Part shown: positions 22,223 to 23,762 of the stretch, piece after piece
Numbering within the stretch: position 1 is the stretch's first letter
Layout: each line of letters begins with the position of its first letter
Origin: Tubiluchus corallicola
Lineage: Eukaryota; Animalia; Priapulida
Length of the DNA: 23,762 nt
Direction: 5' to 3'
Assembly: GCA_030141605.1 (NCBI GenBank)
Contig: JAQGDQ010001833.1
Coordinates: 1-23,762 of the forward strand
Made by a program: the position numbers and the translations under genes
Notes under the pieces: model-generated
The model's database searches: none
The model's input: only the letters and a program-made list of their open reading frames with translations
What the model was told of the DNA's origin: nothing

Positions 22223-23074
22223 TAAGCTCTGCCTATATAGACTGGTTGCATGTTTGTAAATTTACCACTGATGATGACAGCAGTAGCCTGTCGATACTTT
22301 TGGCATGATTTTAACTTTGGAAAGTAAAAGTTTTAATAAAGTTGTAGTGTTTCAACTATAAATTTTTGTGAAATTTCTCTGTTTTAATTTACAGCATTTC
22401 TTGAAGAATGCCCCACTTGTCTTGTCTAGAGCATTTCTTCTAAAGAAAGCTACTTTACTAATCGTATGGTCTATCAGATGATTAGCTGGCAATCTAGCAA
22501 AGTGCACTAGTTATCAATACAGGATGTAGGTATTTAATAATCAGTCAACACGTCAGAATAATCAGAACAGACTAAACGCTTTTAGAAGCAAAAACCGACT
22601 GAGGCACACTTATGAGAAAATTCCACTTACGAAGATATTGTCACACTGAAAACCCAAGTACAACGTCAAAGAAGAAATTGAATTCGCATGTTTCACAAGT
22701 AATACTGTGTTCGATATCTAATGGACAAAGTCCACTTATTGTAGACAAACCTCTTTAGATAGGCAGGACATTCATAAAGACGAGTGTAGCAAAGCTATGT
22801 ACAGGTTATAATGTTTCAAAGAAGTGAAGGGCATTCTGACCAGCATAAAACGTAATTAATAATCAGCATTAAAGAAGTAATGTGAAACGATTGTCCACAC
22901 TGTGCAGATCTCTCTAGGACAGTTCAGGGTACACTTACTGGATTGTCAGTGGTCCTTTTTACGCAAATGGAAATTAAGAAAATCAGAGGATACGCCTGTT
23001 GCTGAAAACATGGTCACCAAAAAACCCTCAAAATTATTCTTGAAATGGCAGTCGACTTCTCTTCAGAAGATCTG

Positions 23075-23284
23075 ACATGTATGTACTGGATAGATTCTTT
23101 GGTATTTGCCTTGTTTCTGGCAGTATGTGCAGGCATAGTACATGTATGTACTGGATAGATTCTTTGGTATTTGCCTTGTTTCTGGCAGTATGTGAAGGTA
23201 TAGTACACGTATGTACTAGATACATTCCTTGGTATTTGCCTTGTTTCTGGCAGCATGTGCAGGCATAGTACATGTACTTACTGG
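23075..23284. repeat. 65-bp tandem repeat, about 3.2 copies
   Basis: Units start at 23075, 23140, 23205 and 23270: ACATGTATGTACTGGATAGATTCTTTGGTATTTGCCTTGTTTCTGGCAGTATGTGCAGGCATAGT. Confidence 0.94.
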
Positions 23285-23762
23285 TTATGTGCTGATCACA
23301 AATACACTAGTCATTGTCTTATTTACTGTTCTCTGTCTAGGTGGAGCCACCATGCCATTAAAGGTAGGGTATTCTAAATGTTTTTCTTTATTGTTGGTAT
23401 CATGTTTATGAAATAGTTTAAGCAACGAGATTACATAAACTTACGTAAACAATTCCCCACACACAAGAATTAGTTTGTGAAGCAGATTAGGGTTAGGGTT
23501 GGTTTAGAGTTAGAGGTTAGGGTTAGGGTTGAGGATTGAGACTAACATTAAGGTTAGGGTCGGTTCGGGATTAGGAGTGAGTTGGACAACGTGGAGTTAG
23601 GGTAGAGTGGGACAAGGTAGTTTAGGGTTAGGGTTGAGTTAGGACTAGCATTAAGGTTAGGGTCAGGGTTAGGGTTGAGTTAGGGTTAGGGTTAGAGTTG
23701 AGTTAGAACTAGCATTAAGGTTACGGTAGGGTTAAGGTTAGTGTTGGTTTAGGGTTAGGGTT
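23283..23762 (+). pseudogene. Inverted partial duplicate of the NHE8 exon 20664-20806 (3' part, copy at 23283-23363) plus the following intron and telomere-like element; runs off the window end
   Basis: Reverse complement of about 20254-20747. It encodes ..VLITNTLVIVLFTVLCLGGATMPLK|GTAGGG, lacks the 5' part of the exon and its acceptor, and has a 3-nt deletion and 2 substitutions in the exon part. Confidence 0.85.

Noticed and set aside
22265-22990. Minus-strand donor-like sites (about 22264, 22630, 22938) as the next upstream NHE8 exon
   Set aside because: None translates to the expected GRAxNIFPL...MWFSG segment; the frames contain stops or unrelated sequence.
23487-23762. TTAGGG-rich window end as a true telomere
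   Set aside because: It is degenerate and reproduces, variant for variant, the reverse complement of the interstitial array at 20254-20538.

Overview
Eukaryotic, AT-rich, intron-rich genomic DNA, most likely from an invertebrate animal (inferred from GT-AG spliceosomal exons, TTAGGG-type repeats and the gene families present). Two genes lie on the minus strand. The first is the last four coding exons of a Na+/H+ exchanger of the NHE8/SLC9A8 type (20806-20664, 19622-19548, 11267-11124, 7846-7697), which splice in frame to a stop; its upstream exons are not in the window. The second, about 6.4 kb downstream, is the first coding exon (1338-1038) of a signal-peptide-bearing receptor with an ANF-receptor/periplasmic-binding-protein ectodomain, probably a membrane guanylyl cyclase. 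The rest is introns and intergenic DNA holding minisatellites (37, 86/79, 42, 23, 137, 41 and 65 bp units), microsatellites and at least five non-autonomous DNA transposons (MITEs) with readable TIRs and TSDs. The most notable structures are: an oppositely oriented hAT-MITE pair bracketing a 144-nt phase-0/0 exon; an inverted duplication of part of an NHE8 exon plus its downstream intron at the window end (real or an assembly artefact); a TIR-flanked telomere-like array; and a 2.5-kb satellite whose core has a lone inverted copy upstream. I find no convincing evidence of a wholly new biological system, and the findings are structural hypotheses that need testing.
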